Part shown: positions 10,209 to 22,595 of the stretch, one piece after another
Layout of the letters: each line of letters starts with the position of its first letter
How positions within the stretch are numbered: the first letter of the stretch is position 1
NCBI GenBank assembly: GCA_032718475.1
Contig: JAUCBJ010003158.1
Coordinates: 1 to 33,215, forward strand
Source: Nemertoderma westbladi
Lineage: Eukaryota; Animalia; Xenacoelomorpha
DNA length: 33,215 nt
Direction of reading: 5' to 3'
Position numbers and translations under genes: made by a program
Notes under the pieces: model-generated
What the model was told of the DNA's origin: nothing
What the model saw: the letters and a program-made list of their open reading frames with translations, nothing else
The model's database searches: none

Positions 10209-10350
10209 ATACATATAAGATACATATAAGATACATATAAGATACATATAAGATACATATAAGATACATATAAGATACATATAAGATACATATAAGATAC
10301 ATATAAGATACATATAAGATACATATAAGATACATATAAGATACATATAA
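10209..10350. repeat. 11-bp minisatellite (ATACATATAAG)n, about 13 pure units
   Basis: Directly visible. Confidence 0.98.
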
Positions 10351-10358
10351 AAAAAAAT

Positions 10359-12433
10359 TGTTATTTATTAAACCAAAATAATGGTACGATTGTAAAACTA
10401 TATAAGCATTAAGCAAGCAAGCAGTAAAATCCAAATATACTATACATAAATAATAAAATATTTACACAGTTATAAAACAATTTTAAATCAGAGTTTGTTG
10501 GCCCAGTACGTAAGGGGGTGGTGGTTGCTCGGGCAACTAAGGAGATGGTACGTGTCCGCCGGCCTCCCGCAGAGACTACATACACAGTCATTCCCCGCCT
10601 CATGAAATTCTGTGGGTCTGGATGTACAAATTCGGAAATGGAAACCGTGAAGAGCAAAGCGGGTTATGGTGTGCCTCTTACGACAATTTGCGATTGTCCA
10701 ACTGCGATTTATGAACGCGATACTGTTCCAGAACTCTACTGGGATTTCACGAGTTTTGTCTTCGACTTCAGCGGTGTATTTTTTGAATACATCCGTGTCT
10801 GTTAAATTTAGTTGACCTTTAAGTACCATAGAAAGATTTCGCGAATCACAGAGAGCGTGAACTAGCCGATTCCTAGACGATTTGTGAACTGAAAGTACTC
10901 TTTTGAGGAAAGCAGCTTGGATTTTATCGATACTATGAAGGTTGTTGACTGACAAGAAAGGCCAAATTTCGCGAAGTCCATACATAACTATCGGTGTTAC
11001 TTTTAAGGAAAAAAGCTTTTTAGCTGTGCTAATAGATAGTAGATGTGGTTTCTGGATTAACCGTATTGTGGAAAGTGATTTGCAGACTATTATATTTATG
11101 TGCTTTGTGAATTTCAAGGACGATTGAAATGTGACTCCCAAATATTTATAAGACTTTTCTATTTTCACCTCGTTTCCGTTGTAGAAAAATTTATCCTGAG
11201 CGGACAGTCGGCCACCTCTCCTAAATTTCATTATGGAAGTCTTTGTAAGATTTACTTCAAGACCGTTTTCCCGGGCCCAATTAGCAGTTGCATTTAAACC
11301 AGCTTGCACTACCTCACGGGAGTCGCCATAAAATAGCAAATCATCCGCAAATAATAATATAAATAATTCCCCAATCTTGACGGTAATATCACGTATAAAC
11401 TTCACAGTATCGTAAATAAAAATTACGAACAGGAAAGGGCTCAAGCTGTCTCCTTGTAAAACCCCACGCACTTGTTTTATAATTCTAGAATTACGGAGGC
11501 CATCTGAAATTACTATATAATTAGGACTTAAAATCGATTTAATGATGTTAAAAAGTGAACCACGAATATTAAAATCAAACCATAACTTTAAGAGTAGTTT
11601 AGACCTGGGGACCGAATCAAAAGCTTTGCGGAAATCGACATAAACCGCGTACAATGGTTTTCGAGGGTATGACAAATTGCTATGAATTTTATTAATAAAC
11701 TGACTTAGAGGCATTGAGGTAGATTTCCCGGGACTGAAGCCGTACTGTTCGGGGGGTATTCTTTTGGAAACGAGACCTCGGAGTCGCTTTTTGATTAAAC
11801 TCGTAAAGATTTTGTACGCGTTACATAAAAGAGAAATCCCTCTATAGTTGTTTGGATCTACGATTAATCCTTTTCCTTTGTATAGAACAATCAACAAACT
11901 TTCTTTCCATGATTTTACGAGTGAACCGGTGGACAAACAAATGTTGAATAATAAAGTCCATAGAACTAATGTTGCTGGGAGCGCTCCTTTTATGAGTTCG
12001 TAGAAGAGTTTATCTGGACCCCCCGATTTGTTAGCTGATTTACTGTTGATTGCCGATGCGACTTCTGTGTCCGAAAATTCCTGAACGTCGTCGTCTAGTG
12101 GAGGAGAGTTTATTGTTGAGGAAGTACACTCATCGATCGCTGCAGAGATTTCAGCCTCAGCATTATCGTCGTAAAAGGAGCTTTGTGAAATGATCCTCCC
12201 AAGTGGCTAAATCGACAGGGCATCCAGCAGATCCTCTTTGTTTCTTGCACCATTTGTACGCCTGTTTTTCTGCGTCGGCAATTAGCCTTTCTTCATTTCG
12301 AACTGCTGCACTCTTCTCTTTGTCCTTCAGAAGTGCTTTGTATTCGCGTTTTTTGGCACAGAGATTTTCCCGCAAGGAACTATCAAATTGGGTGGCGGCG
12401 TTGAGTTCCAGAACCTCCTTCCTTTTAAGAAGA
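10359..12433 (-). mobile_element. 5'-truncated LINE (RT plus C-terminal CCHC finger; RTEX-like, tentative)
   Basis: ORF2 remnant from about 12433 with one frameshift near 12174, then KSGGPDKL, NYRGISLL, VDFRKAFD, QGDSLSP, LFADD, KFRRGGRL, YKYLG and CSLC...HLLSC. AATAAA at about 10364-10369. Confidence 0.92.
10488..11936 (-). CDS. Reverse transcriptase, ORF2 C-terminal part (frame is open upstream to about 12170)
   Basis: Complete set of non-LTR RT motifs. Confidence 0.9.
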   Translation of the reverse strand: MSTGSLVKSWKESLLIVLYKGKGLIVDPNNYRGISLLCNAYKIFTSLIKKRLRGLVSKRIPPEQYGFSPGKSTSMPLSQFINKIHSNLSYPRKPLYAVYVDFRKAFDSVPRSKLLLKLWFDFNIRGSLFNIIKSILSPNYIVISDGLRNSRIIKQVRGVLQGDSLSPFLFVIFIYDTVKFIRDITVKIGELFILLFADDLLFYGDSREVVQAGLNATANWARENGLEVNLTKTSIMKFRRGGRLSAQDKFFYNGNEVKIEKSYKYLGVTFQSSLKFTKHINIIVCKSLSTIRLIQKPHLLSISTAKKLFSLKVTPIVMYGLREIWPFLSVNNLHSIDKIQAAFLKRVLSVHKSSRNRLVHALCDSRNLSMVLKGQLNLTDTDVFKKYTAEVEDKTREIPVEFWNSIAFINRSWTIANCRKRHTITRFALHGFHFRICTSRPTEFHEAGNDCVCSLCGRPADTYHLLSCPSNHHPLTYWANKL

Positions 12434-13528
12434 TAAGATACATAAGATACATATAAGATACATATAAGATACATATAAGATACATATAAGATACATATTA
12501 GATACATATAAGATACATATAAGATACATATAAGATACATACATATAAGATACTTACAAAATACATATATGATGCACATATACGATACATATAAGATACA
12601 TATAAGATACATATAAAATACATATAAGATACATATAAGATACATATAAGATACATATAAGATACATATAAGATGCATATAATATACATATAAGGTAAGA
12701 TACATACAAAATACATATAATATACATATACGATACATATAAGATACATGTAAGATACATATAAGATAGGCCTACATATAAGATACATATAAGATACTTA
12801 CAAAATACATATATGATGCACATATACGATAAATATAAGATACATATAATATACATACAAAATACATATATGATACACATATACGATACATATAAGATAC
12901 ATGTAAGATACATATAAGATAGGCCTACATATAAGATACATATAAGATACTTACAAAATACATATATGATGCACATATACGATACATATAAGATACATAT
13001 AAGATGCATATAAGATACATATAAGATACATATAAGATACATATAAGATACATATAAGATACATATAAAATACATATAAGATACATATAAGATACATATA
13101 AGATACATATAAAATACATATAAGATGGGCCTACATATAAGATACATATAAGATACATATAATATACATATAAGATACATATAAGATACATATAAGATAC
13201 ATATAAGATACATATTAAGATACATATAAGATACATATAAGATACATATAAGATACATATAAGATTCATATCAGATACATATAAGATACATATAAGATAC
13301 ATATAAGATATATATAAGATACATATAAGATACATATAAAATACATATAAGATACATGTAAGATAGGCCTACATATAAGATACATATAAGATACATAAGA
13401 TGGCCTACATATAAGATACATACCAGATACATATAATATACATATAAGATACATATAAGATACATATAAGATATATATAAGATACATATAAGATACATAT
13501 AAGATACATATGAGATACATATAAGATA
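12434..13528. repeat. 11-bp minisatellite (ATACATATAAG)n, about 100 units with variant blocks
   Basis: Directly visible; same unit as 10209-10350. Confidence 0.98.
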
Positions 13529-13607
13529 CTGGGATACTAGGTACCGGTACTGGGTTAGTTAGAATATAGCATTCATGGCTAGAAAAATTACTGAATTATA
13601 TATATAT

Positions 13608-14426
13608 TTCATTACTTTCGATGAGCTTCCAGTTAGTATAAAGGATTTGCCATTATTCTTGTATCATGATAACCTGTTCACGAGTATAAACCTAATCAAA
13701 GAGTTAGGAAAGAGGGGATACGGTTAGACGGGCACTATGTGGGAGAATAGAATTCCAAAGTCTTTGGATTTACCTGATGTTCAGAAGGTGAAACGTGAAG
13801 TACGTGGATATTTCGTTTATCTGAAGTCTTCAGATGGAGATATTGTCATTGCTCGATGGATGGATAACTCCGTAGTGACTGTAGCATGTCACAGTGTTCA
13901 ACCATGTTCTAATGTCAGTAGATGGTCTCAAGCACAGAAGCAGCAAATCCACATTCCCCGGCCGAACGTTATAGGATGCTATAACTCATATATGGGTGGC
14001 ACTGATAGGATGGACCAGAATATATCGCTGTATCGCATCAGTGTTAGAGGTAAGAAATGGTGGTGGCCGCTCTTTACCTGGCTTTGGGATGTGTCAATTA
14101 CAAACGCTTGGTGTCTTTATCGGAAAAGTTACATTGATGGTAGCAAGATCCCACAGTTGCAATTTAGACGTCAAATTGCTCAAGTGTACCTGTCGAGATA
14201 TGGAGTGTTGGCTTTAGGAGCAGGTCGACCTCGAGCATCTAGTGGAAGCAGTCGTGTGCTTCCAGATATACAATACGACAACATTGTGCATTATCTTGTG
14301 CCTACTGTAGATAAAAAGAAGCGGCGCTGTGCAGGATCTAACTGCACAACAAGATGCATTACCATGTGCAACAAGTGCGATCTTGGTTTATGTCTCTACT
14401 GCAATAAGTCATTTCATACCAAATAA
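13608..14426 (+). pseudogene. piggyBac transposase C-terminal half
   Basis: YHDNLFTS (second catalytic Asp), in-frame TAG, TGTMWENR, WMDNSVV, YNSYMGGTDRMDQ (third Asp), KKWW, NAW, FRR and a C-terminal Cys-rich domain. Confidence 0.92.
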
Positions 14427-14539
14427 TCTTATAATTTCCTATAAACCATATAATTTCTTGAATTTATAATATATATATCTTATATCTAAAAAATCTATAT
14501 TTCCATGCATTTTTCTAACTTAATTCAGGATAATATGGG
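13608..14539 (+). mobile_element. 3' half of a piggyBac transposon
   Basis: Transposase remnant followed by ...CAGGATAATATGGG|TTAA (14537-14543), the expected right-end signature. No left end found. Confidence 0.8.
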
Positions 14540-15544
14540 TTAATAATAGATATAAGCTTTATATCGAATCGATATATGGATGCATCATGATATATGTGGG
14601 GACTTAGTGCACACGACACCACTGAGTGTTTCGGTTCTAATAGCTATTGCCCGGCTGCCTAGTGTGCAGACTCAGAAAGTTGTATCGTGATTGCGATTCT
14701 CCCTCACATTAGTTATGCAGGGCGGGCGAGTGAAAACTGCGAGCCATCAGCGAACTGTTATAATTGTACTATTGTTAGTGTGTGTGTGTAGGAAGCATTT
14801 TGAATTTTGAGCAACATTTCTGCACAAGGTTAATATGACATAACATTGTACAATAAAACTTTATCATATTTCAGTTTTCTGTAGAATTGTGGGGTACACT
14901 AAGACTATGAATAAAGTTTTAGTATTCGATTTTATAACGTATAGGCCTACTGATGTTATTTCGGTTATTGTTAAGGTTTGAGATGCTGTATGAGTTACGG
15001 TTTTGATTATTTTGGATTGTGTTACGGTTCTGGTACGGTTGGTATGCTACCTTTATTTATAGGCTAAGGTTGTTTTGTTTTGTTTTTGTAATAGTAATAT
15101 ATTTTACATATTTGTGTGTAAAGTAGTTATTTACATTTGTGTGCTGATCTGTCAGTCTGTGTAAATATTAGTTGCAACGCGAATAAACATAATGGATGAT
15201 TTCTACAAATATAGTACATGGCTACAATTATTATGCATTATTCCATTTAAATAAAATGGCACAGTATTTGACTTGAGCAGCATATTCACTTGAACGATAC
15301 ATAATCCCAAATTGAAATACGGATACAATTTTTAAATACATGATATTTTATAGGAATATGTCACATATGCGGACCTGTGATTTAATGTCTTCCGGTTAAC
15401 TAAATTTTAATTGAGGGGAATAAGCAGGTTGCAGAGGCAGGCTTTTCTAACCAAAACAATAAACGATCTTGTTCCCTACCTACATACCTCATACCGTACT
15501 ATCTGACGTAAGGGACGTCGTACTATCTGACACCTTGTGGTAAA

Positions 15545-15605
15545 GGGGGGAGATGGTTCAAAAGTCGAGAAAATTTGCGTGACATACTTTATGAACGCAC
15601 CCTAC
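15545..15605 (-). mobile_element. Single terminus of a MITE-like element (PIF/Harbinger-like, tentative)
   Basis: Minus strand TAGGGTGCGTTCATAAAGTATGTCACGCAAATTTT...CCCCCC resembles a terminus common in invertebrate non-autonomous elements. No partner end seen. Confidence 0.4.
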
Positions 15606-15889
15606 AGTGCTTGTGTTTGTAGAGGTGACTGCAAATAGCAGAAATTTCACGGGTCCGCATATATACAGCACATATCAAATAGCCAGTTTTATTATCAACT
15701 TAATATGTTATATTGTTATGTGATATTAGATGGATTTGTGGTACATTTTATTCGAACTATTTTACTTACAGTATGTAATGTCCTTCCTTATAATTCGACA
15801 GTACAAATAACAATAAATACAATAATTTGTTACTGGAAAAACAGGCACTACTCAAGATTCGGCGTCTCCTATCCGATCGCAGTCTGTAA

Positions 15890-17965
15890 CTAATGAAGTC
15901 TGTCTACCAGAACTGCAGTCTCCTGGACAGTCTCTACCTACACCTACGGAACGAGCTCCTCCCTCTCCACCTCCGGTTTCTACTACTACACCTCAACATT
16001 CTCAACCCACCTACTCCACGATTCTCACCTCTATTCCTCCAACTACAGGAACAATTTGGGGTTGGGGGTCGTATTGCCCTCCTATTTACCATATCCTCGG
16101 CGAGGTTTGCAAAGATTCTTAGATTTGATGACGTAGGGATTGGATCGACATTGGCCATTTTGGAGCCCGAATATAACAGGGCATTTTTCATATGGTTTCT
16201 GATACTTCCAGCAAACGCCCCATTCCAGGCAAGCCTCTTCACTGCGCTCATCACTGAGAAATTAACATTCAATATGTGTATGGACTTTTCTGTTTCAAGG
16301 TAACGTGTCGTCTGCAATGATGAACCTTCCAAAACCATCTGATAGGATATTCATGGTGTATAATATTCTATTACCAATATTAGAAGGCATCGCGCATAAC
16401 TCAATGTGGGTTGTAGCTGCAGAAGCGATTGAATGTAACATAGATGCAGATGTCAAAACGGATCTGGCTTGCAGCTTTGATATCACTTGGCAGTGAAGAT
16501 GCCATAAATGGAGTCAATGGATTTGCAGGCCAATCGCAGGACAAAATTAACATAAATGCTACTCAATTCCAGAATATTAAAATAACATCCCTAAATATTC
16601 ACAAAGAAGGACTAGACAAAAAACACGATAAAAAACAGAAAATGGAACACGCACGTTACATAGGTCTACCAGAGACCATATGGTATATTCTCGATATGCC
16701 ACATACTGTACCGGGTATTGAATTTATCCATGTACCTACAATTTCACCAGTGAACCAACATGTGTATAATATGATCAAAGGCCAGAGGGCTCACGCTGAA
16801 GTAAATGTGGAACCATTACCCGGATCCGAAGGTGAATTTATAGAAGCTGTTCGTGTCCTGCAACAACTATTACAACTTCCTCCAGAACAACAATATACCC
16901 AAAATCAGATGTTGGTGATACTGGACAGAAGAAGTCACCTATAACAATCGATAAGATGACTGTTTTCATTTCATCCTCCAGAACTTATTTTTATAAACTC
17001 ACCTAAAGATTATCTGACCTGGTTTGCTCGCATAACTCGGCGAAAATAAGCTGAAAAATCCACCCACGAGTCAAACTTGTCAGCAAACTCTCTTACAACA
17101 GCGTGGGTGGATGGTAATACAAAATGGTGCAGGTAAGACCTATAGCCATAGAATATGATAATCATATATTATTAACTTACCTGCTACCAACCCCACTACA
17201 CAACAAACGCAGCCAATGTTGGAATTATGTTAAATAACATTGCATTAGATGATAACCTCAACAATAAACTGGTTTAAAAGAACTGCAAATATCCCCTCAA
17301 ATTACCAGTCCCCTGCATTGGTACCATCAAACCAGATAATCCAGAAGTTTGAGATGAATGTTTGCCATACATCTAATTTTAAGTATGGGAAGGTTTGAAA
17401 CAGAGATGGATGTATTTTGCATGCCAAATTTAAAAACTGCATTTATTCGAGCAGGTTTATTACCAACCTTGGCTGAGGGTGAACATTACCTTCCCGAACA
17501 CACCAACGCTTTGGGGAGGCCCTGGTTGATAGAACAAATGCAGTAGCAGCCCCGTGGAACACAGTCAAGTGATAGAATGGCAGGCATACATTACTTAGAT
17601 TTCTTACACAAATTTATTCTCCATGACACTCTCTGTTGCATGGCACTCCTGAGATACTGTATACTCAAATACAGAAAGAGGCATCGTTAAATCTCACTGC
17701 CAAACTGCCAGAAGCACAACAGATTACTGCAGCTGCATCGTACCACACAGATGGTGGCTGTAACATCGCCAATCTCCCACCCATGGATAGTATTATAAAT
17801 GCCCATTTAGATTCACCTGTTGAAATCTAATTGATTCTAAAAACTAACAAAGTCGGGCATTTAACATTGGTGTTGATGCGATCAATCATGTTGTTAGTGG
17901 AAATTATACTTCACTCCAAATCCAATATTGTGTTGAAAGTCCAGTACTGGCAAAACCGAAGTTAA
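15890..17965 (+). pseudogene. Heavily decayed Helitron-like Rep/PIF1-helicase relic
   Basis: Fragmented same-strand ORFs: RYIGLPETIWYILDMP...FIHVPT, HLILSMGRFETEMD, then QSRAFNIGVDAI and Walker-A-like STGKTEV at 17943-17963, where the relic ends. Confidence 0.5.
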
Positions 17966-18180
17966 CTTAAGTCAGGATGACCGATGATTGAAAGACGACG
18001 TCTTTTGTACAGGTATAGGTATAGTGTAGGACATAGGTATAGGTTAATTTTATTTTATTTATTTATTTTCTTTATTCCATCGGGCCGAAACCCATTGTAC
18101 ATAGGCCTACCTACAATATGCACGATATACATACAAAAATCAACACAACACAATAATTTGCACAATTGATTATTACTGGG

Positions 18181-21100
18181 TTATGTACCCAAAACTCGTT
18201 TCCATCTATCAATAATGACAGAATCATCTTTCGTAACTAGATAACAAGCTGCTACAATTCGATTATTTGACTTGGTTACACGATTATACATAGAATACAT
18301 GTTACTACATAACACCGATTTAAATGTATTTACTCTGTTAGTGACAAAAAATGTGTCGGCATCCTCAGTTCGGCCATATTTAAATAGTAACCTAAACGCA
18401 GTATTATATGCAACCTTCAGCTTGCGCTGACATTCTACTCGAAAAATAGACCAAAGTGCACAACAATATATATTATAACAAAAAGCCTTAAAAAGCACCA
18501 CTTTTACAGATTTCGAACATACTGAAAAATGCCGAGCTAACTGGTTACCACGACAATATATGCCACTTCTCAGACGCATCATGTCTGGTTCGTCTGACAA
18601 GTTACAAGATATTGTGTGTCCCAAGTACTGCACCTGCCGAACACACTCTAATGGCTTACCATTAAGAAATACATCTCCTGCACGTCCAAATTTATATGGT
18701 AAGAAATACATGCAGTTTGATTTAGAAGGATTAAATAGGATATCAAATTCCAAACCGTACTGTTCACATATCTTAACCACTGCTCTCAGCCCAAAGATAC
18801 TAGGAGACAATAAACACAAATCATCAGCATAAAACAAATGATTTAACAATAACGTACCTAACCGACAACCAACATTAATATTAATAAGACGCACACTCAA
18901 TTCATTAACATAAATATTAAACAATAACGGTGAGATTAGGTTCCCCTGCCTCACACCATTTGAAACATTAAAACTGTCAGACACTGAAGAACCCCAAGAC
19001 ACCGTAATAGATTGTCTACTATACCAATAACTTAACAACCTAACTATTCCAATTGGAACTTTCACATCAATTAGTTTACGAAATAACTTAAAATGCGAAA
19101 CACGATCAAATGCTTTTGAAGCATCCAGAAAGGCAGAGTACACGGGTGAGTCTTTAGAGATATACAATTGCACAGATTGTTTCAAAGTGAAAATGCATAA
19201 ATCCGTACCCAAACCCATACTAAAACCAAACTGATTATCTTCTATAGACGCACAGCGAGATATAGTGTCAAAGAAACAGGATTCAGTAACCTTAGAACCA
19301 CTATTAGCTGACGCTACGGGTCTATAGTTAGAATCATCGTTCAGACTACTATTATTATCTTTTACCACCGGAGATATACATGAACTCATAAATGAATCAG
19401 GTAGATAACCATGAGCAATAAAGCTATTAATCAACAGGGATAAGAGTACTGTTAATTTATTACTCCCAAATATATAACTCTCTGGAAAAATATTATCAGG
19501 CCCTGCAGCCTTCCCTATTTTTAAACCCTTAATAGCGGAAGTTTCATCACTAACGGAAATATGTACTCTATCTGAGCCATCCCATTTATCAAAAACGTCA
19601 TTAACAAAATCTATGTCATCTTTATTCGACGGCACAGAATTAAAAATAGTTTCATATTTACATTTAAACAAATCAGCAATATTATCAGAGTTAGATGCCT
19701 CACCTACAGTAGAAACACGGGGTATTTGACTTTTGGTCTGTTTCTTAACATTATTCCAAAAATCCTTCCCCGAATTAACGGAAGAATTAGCAAGACGGTC
19801 AGCACGAATACTGTTTACTTTATTTTTACATAGATGTAAAGCTAATTTAAACTGCGCCGAAGTTTTCCGTTTGACGTCCCAGAGGATTCCAAACTTTGGT
19901 CTCCCTTGATCCCGCCAAATGCGAAAAGCTTCCCGTGCAGCCTCGTCTTTACCTTTTACCAATTCATTCCACCCAGGAACAGCATCGCGACTTGCGGGGC
20001 TTTTCCTACTGGGAATGCAGTTATCAGTTGCTACCCATATACTGTCGCAAATAGCACCATAACAAGAATCTAAACTAGATAGATGCACAGGATCCTTACA
20101 ATGAACATCACTACAAACAATTGAATTATGTGGAATATCAATTTTAGCCAGAATATTTTCCAACCTAGCGCGATAATTATCAATATGACAAGACGTAGCC
20201 TTTTCCCAGTTCGGCAACGAGTTAGAAACTTTCAGTTTCACCGTCGCCCCCGGCACCGAGCCGGGCGCCTCCTCAACACCACAAAAATTAAATGTAAAAC
20301 ACAGAGGCATAGATATGGTCATCCACCGCCATGTCATAAATTATTGCACAATCCAAAATATTATCGGAAAAGTGTGAAGTGCAAACAATATGATCAAGCC
20401 AACTTACTGAGCCATGCACATGGCTTAAATAGGAAAAAGAATTTCGCGGCAACATTCTAATATCAGGACAACTTAGATTAGCAACATCACAAAAAGAAAA
20501 TAATTCCCTGCCAAACTCACGGGAAGGTTCAGCATTAAAATCTCCAACTATGGCACACTGACTACCAGGATGGTCAGAGATAATCGTATTACATTTACCT
20601 AAAAGTTCTAGAAAAATATCGAGATTATCTGGGTTGTCACAAGGCATGTACAGGTACACATTTAACCATAGTATAGAATTACCGTTACATTGTAATTTCG
20701 AGCACATAATACGATTTGTATTCATATCACAAAAATCAAAACAATTTCCGAGAGACTTACGCCACAGTACTGCCAGTCCACCATGTGGCCGACCACAAAA
20801 TGGACCTTGAGATAAATCAACTGACGCTTTGCCGACGTTATAGAAGTCTTTGTGTAATGAGTTTAATTTATATAAATCCTGTTTATATAGCCAAGTCTCT
20901 TGGAGAAAAATAATATCATTTCGCTCACACAAATTCATAATGTACTGTAAATGATTATTAAGACCTCGAGGCTATTAAGACCATTGCATTCAGCATCGCA
21001 GAAAACCTATAGAAATCGATAATTTTCATTTTTTAGTGAATATTTCAATTTACTGAAAATTGAAAATTTGGCGTCGCGCGCACTTTTTGGGTCCGCATCA

Positions 21101-21466
21101 CATTTTTCACGATATCTCGAAAACTAAACAAGATATGACGAAACTGTTTGCAGATTTGAAATCCTGAGCGAATTTCGCATATAATGGCTAATATAAGGAA
21201 TCAGTATTCAAGTTACCTAAATTCGACAACTCCGCACACCACCGAAAAAATGTTCTAGAACACATTTTTAGGTGCTAAAAAAAAGGAGCTCGATAAAATA
21301 TTTTAAAAAATATTTTTTTTTGCTATGCAGACCATTATATAATAGCTGGCAATCACCGATTTTACGGTATTTTTCATGACACTAAAAGTTTTTAAAGCCA
21401 GGGGTGACCTCCACAATTATAGGAACATACTTTTAAAGCTGAGTTATTACCATTATAGTAAGCCAT
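18181..21466 (-). pseudogene. LINE ORF2 (AP endonuclease plus RT), disrupted by a 438-bp insertion and a 4-nt frameshift
   Basis: MAYYNGNNSALKVCSYNCGG|LNNHLQ..LQETWL..GRPHGG..VGDFNA..SWLDH..DDH, frameshift at about 20312, then KAAGPD, NYRP, FLDASKAFD, GVRQG, YADD and YLG. Confidence 0.93.
20968..21405. mobile_element. Non-autonomous insertion within LINE ORF2
   Basis: Flanked by GACCTC direct repeats (20962-20967 and 21406-21411). Removing it restores the ORF2 frame. Confidence 0.85.
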
Positions 21467-21525
21467 TGTTAATGATTATTAATACTCATATTAAAAAAAA
21501 AAAAATTATAAAAATAAACCTGTCC

Positions 21526-22356
21526 CTAAGGCACAGCTCCAGCCACACCCTCACCATGGCTAGGACTGCCATTTTTATTATAAGTCGGGGGATCTGCCGA
21601 CCAATATCGTTTAACTAGAATGTCTTTAGGCCAAGCACTAGCAACAATAAGTTTTTTATACGATTCACTGTTTAAGGACGCAATCACAAAAGAGTTGTAC
21701 TCTGTAAACCTTTGGAGAGGATTCTTCGTAACAGACACCTCTGCTACATCGTGTTTGTCCCGAATGAAATCCGAGATATGTTCTTCACTGGTGTTTGTCG
21801 TTAATCTCGAGATGAATATATGACGCTGGAATGCACCAGAATGAGAAGCTACTGCGGTTAAACCACCAAATTCACCGGTACCCAGATTCGCCTTTTTGTG
21901 TGGCCTTTTCCGATTAACCGGAGTATACCCATCCTCTAGAACAGGAGACGCTACGACCTCCTCGACCACCCCAGGATCCTTCTGGTAAACCTCAGAAACA
22001 CTCCGAGACTCGGGATTAGACATACCGACAGGTGAACTTCTCGGATTAAGTGCGTCATAGTAATTACTGGTACGTAACGGCAGCGCACCGGACATACCCC
22101 CAGGAGCTCGCCCACATCCTCGTACTGCGAGGCCTCGCCCCATGTTCCCCGCCGGATTACCGCTCGAAGCATCCTGAGAATAAGAAACGGAGCCGGATTC
22201 CCATTGGGCTGCACTAGTGACTGGAGATATCCTCTCTCCCTCCGCTAGGATAGCGAAAGAGGGCGGACACAATCGTTCCCGGGAAGTTGGTCCTTCGTCT
22301 ACCATAATGGGCCGGGTCGGAGCTGATACAGCACACACACGCTGTTCTAGCTCCAA
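21526..22356 (-). CDS. LINE ORF1 protein (RRM-like C-terminus), probably 5'-incomplete
   Basis: HIFISRL...SEEHISDFI...YNSF...WPKDILVKRY pattern, located directly upstream of ORF2. Confidence 0.8.
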   Translation of the reverse strand: MELEQRVCAVSAPTRPIMVDEGPTSRERLCPPSFAILAEGERISPVTSAAQWESGSVSYSQDASSGNPAGNMGRGLAVRGCGRAPGGMSGALPLRTSNYYDALNPRSSPVGMSNPESRSVSEVYQKDPGVVEEVVASPVLEDGYTPVNRKRPHKKANLGTGEFGGLTAVASHSGAFQRHIFISRLTTNTSEEHISDFIRDKHDVAEVSVTKNPLQRFTEYNSFVIASLNSESYKKLIVASAWPKDILVKRYWSADPPTYNKNGSPSHGEGVAGAVP

Positions 22357-22499
22357 ACTTAGAACTGATTTAAGCTGGTAAACATCCTTCTGTGTATCAA
22401 CAAACTATCATTTTGTGCAATGGACTATCCCTCTGCCTATTGGGCATGGTTACCGGTACTAGAGTGGAGGAGTTGACTGCATGCCATTTTTTTTATTTT

Positions 22500-22538
22500 T
22501 TGTCCCAAATTACCCCAGTATGGGGTAATTTGGGACAA
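22500..22538. repeat. Perfect 18-bp-arm hairpin
   Basis: TTGTCCCAAATTACCCCA-GTA-TGGGGTAATTTGGGACAA. Confidence 0.95.
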
Positions 22539-22595
22539 GCTTGTTTTCACTTTTATATCCCAAAATGAACCTCCCTGGCACCTGGGGGCCCTAGT

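Larger units (their letters stand above)
18045..22390 (-). mobile_element. Two-ORF APE-RT LINE (Proto2-like, tentative), nearly full length
   Basis: ORF1, ORF2 and an (AAAT)-rich tail with AATAAA at 18045-18076. Confidence 0.93.

Noticed and set aside
10152-13520. MYLICILYVSY-repeat ORFs
   Set aside because: They are translations of the 11-bp minisatellite, which has no minus-strand stops.
12434-13528. CRISPR-like array
   Set aside because: The units are contiguous with no unique spacers, there are no cas genes and the context is eukaryotic.
14595-14900. Solo LTR (TGTGGGG start, AATAAA)
   Set aside because: No matching TSD or defined CA end found.
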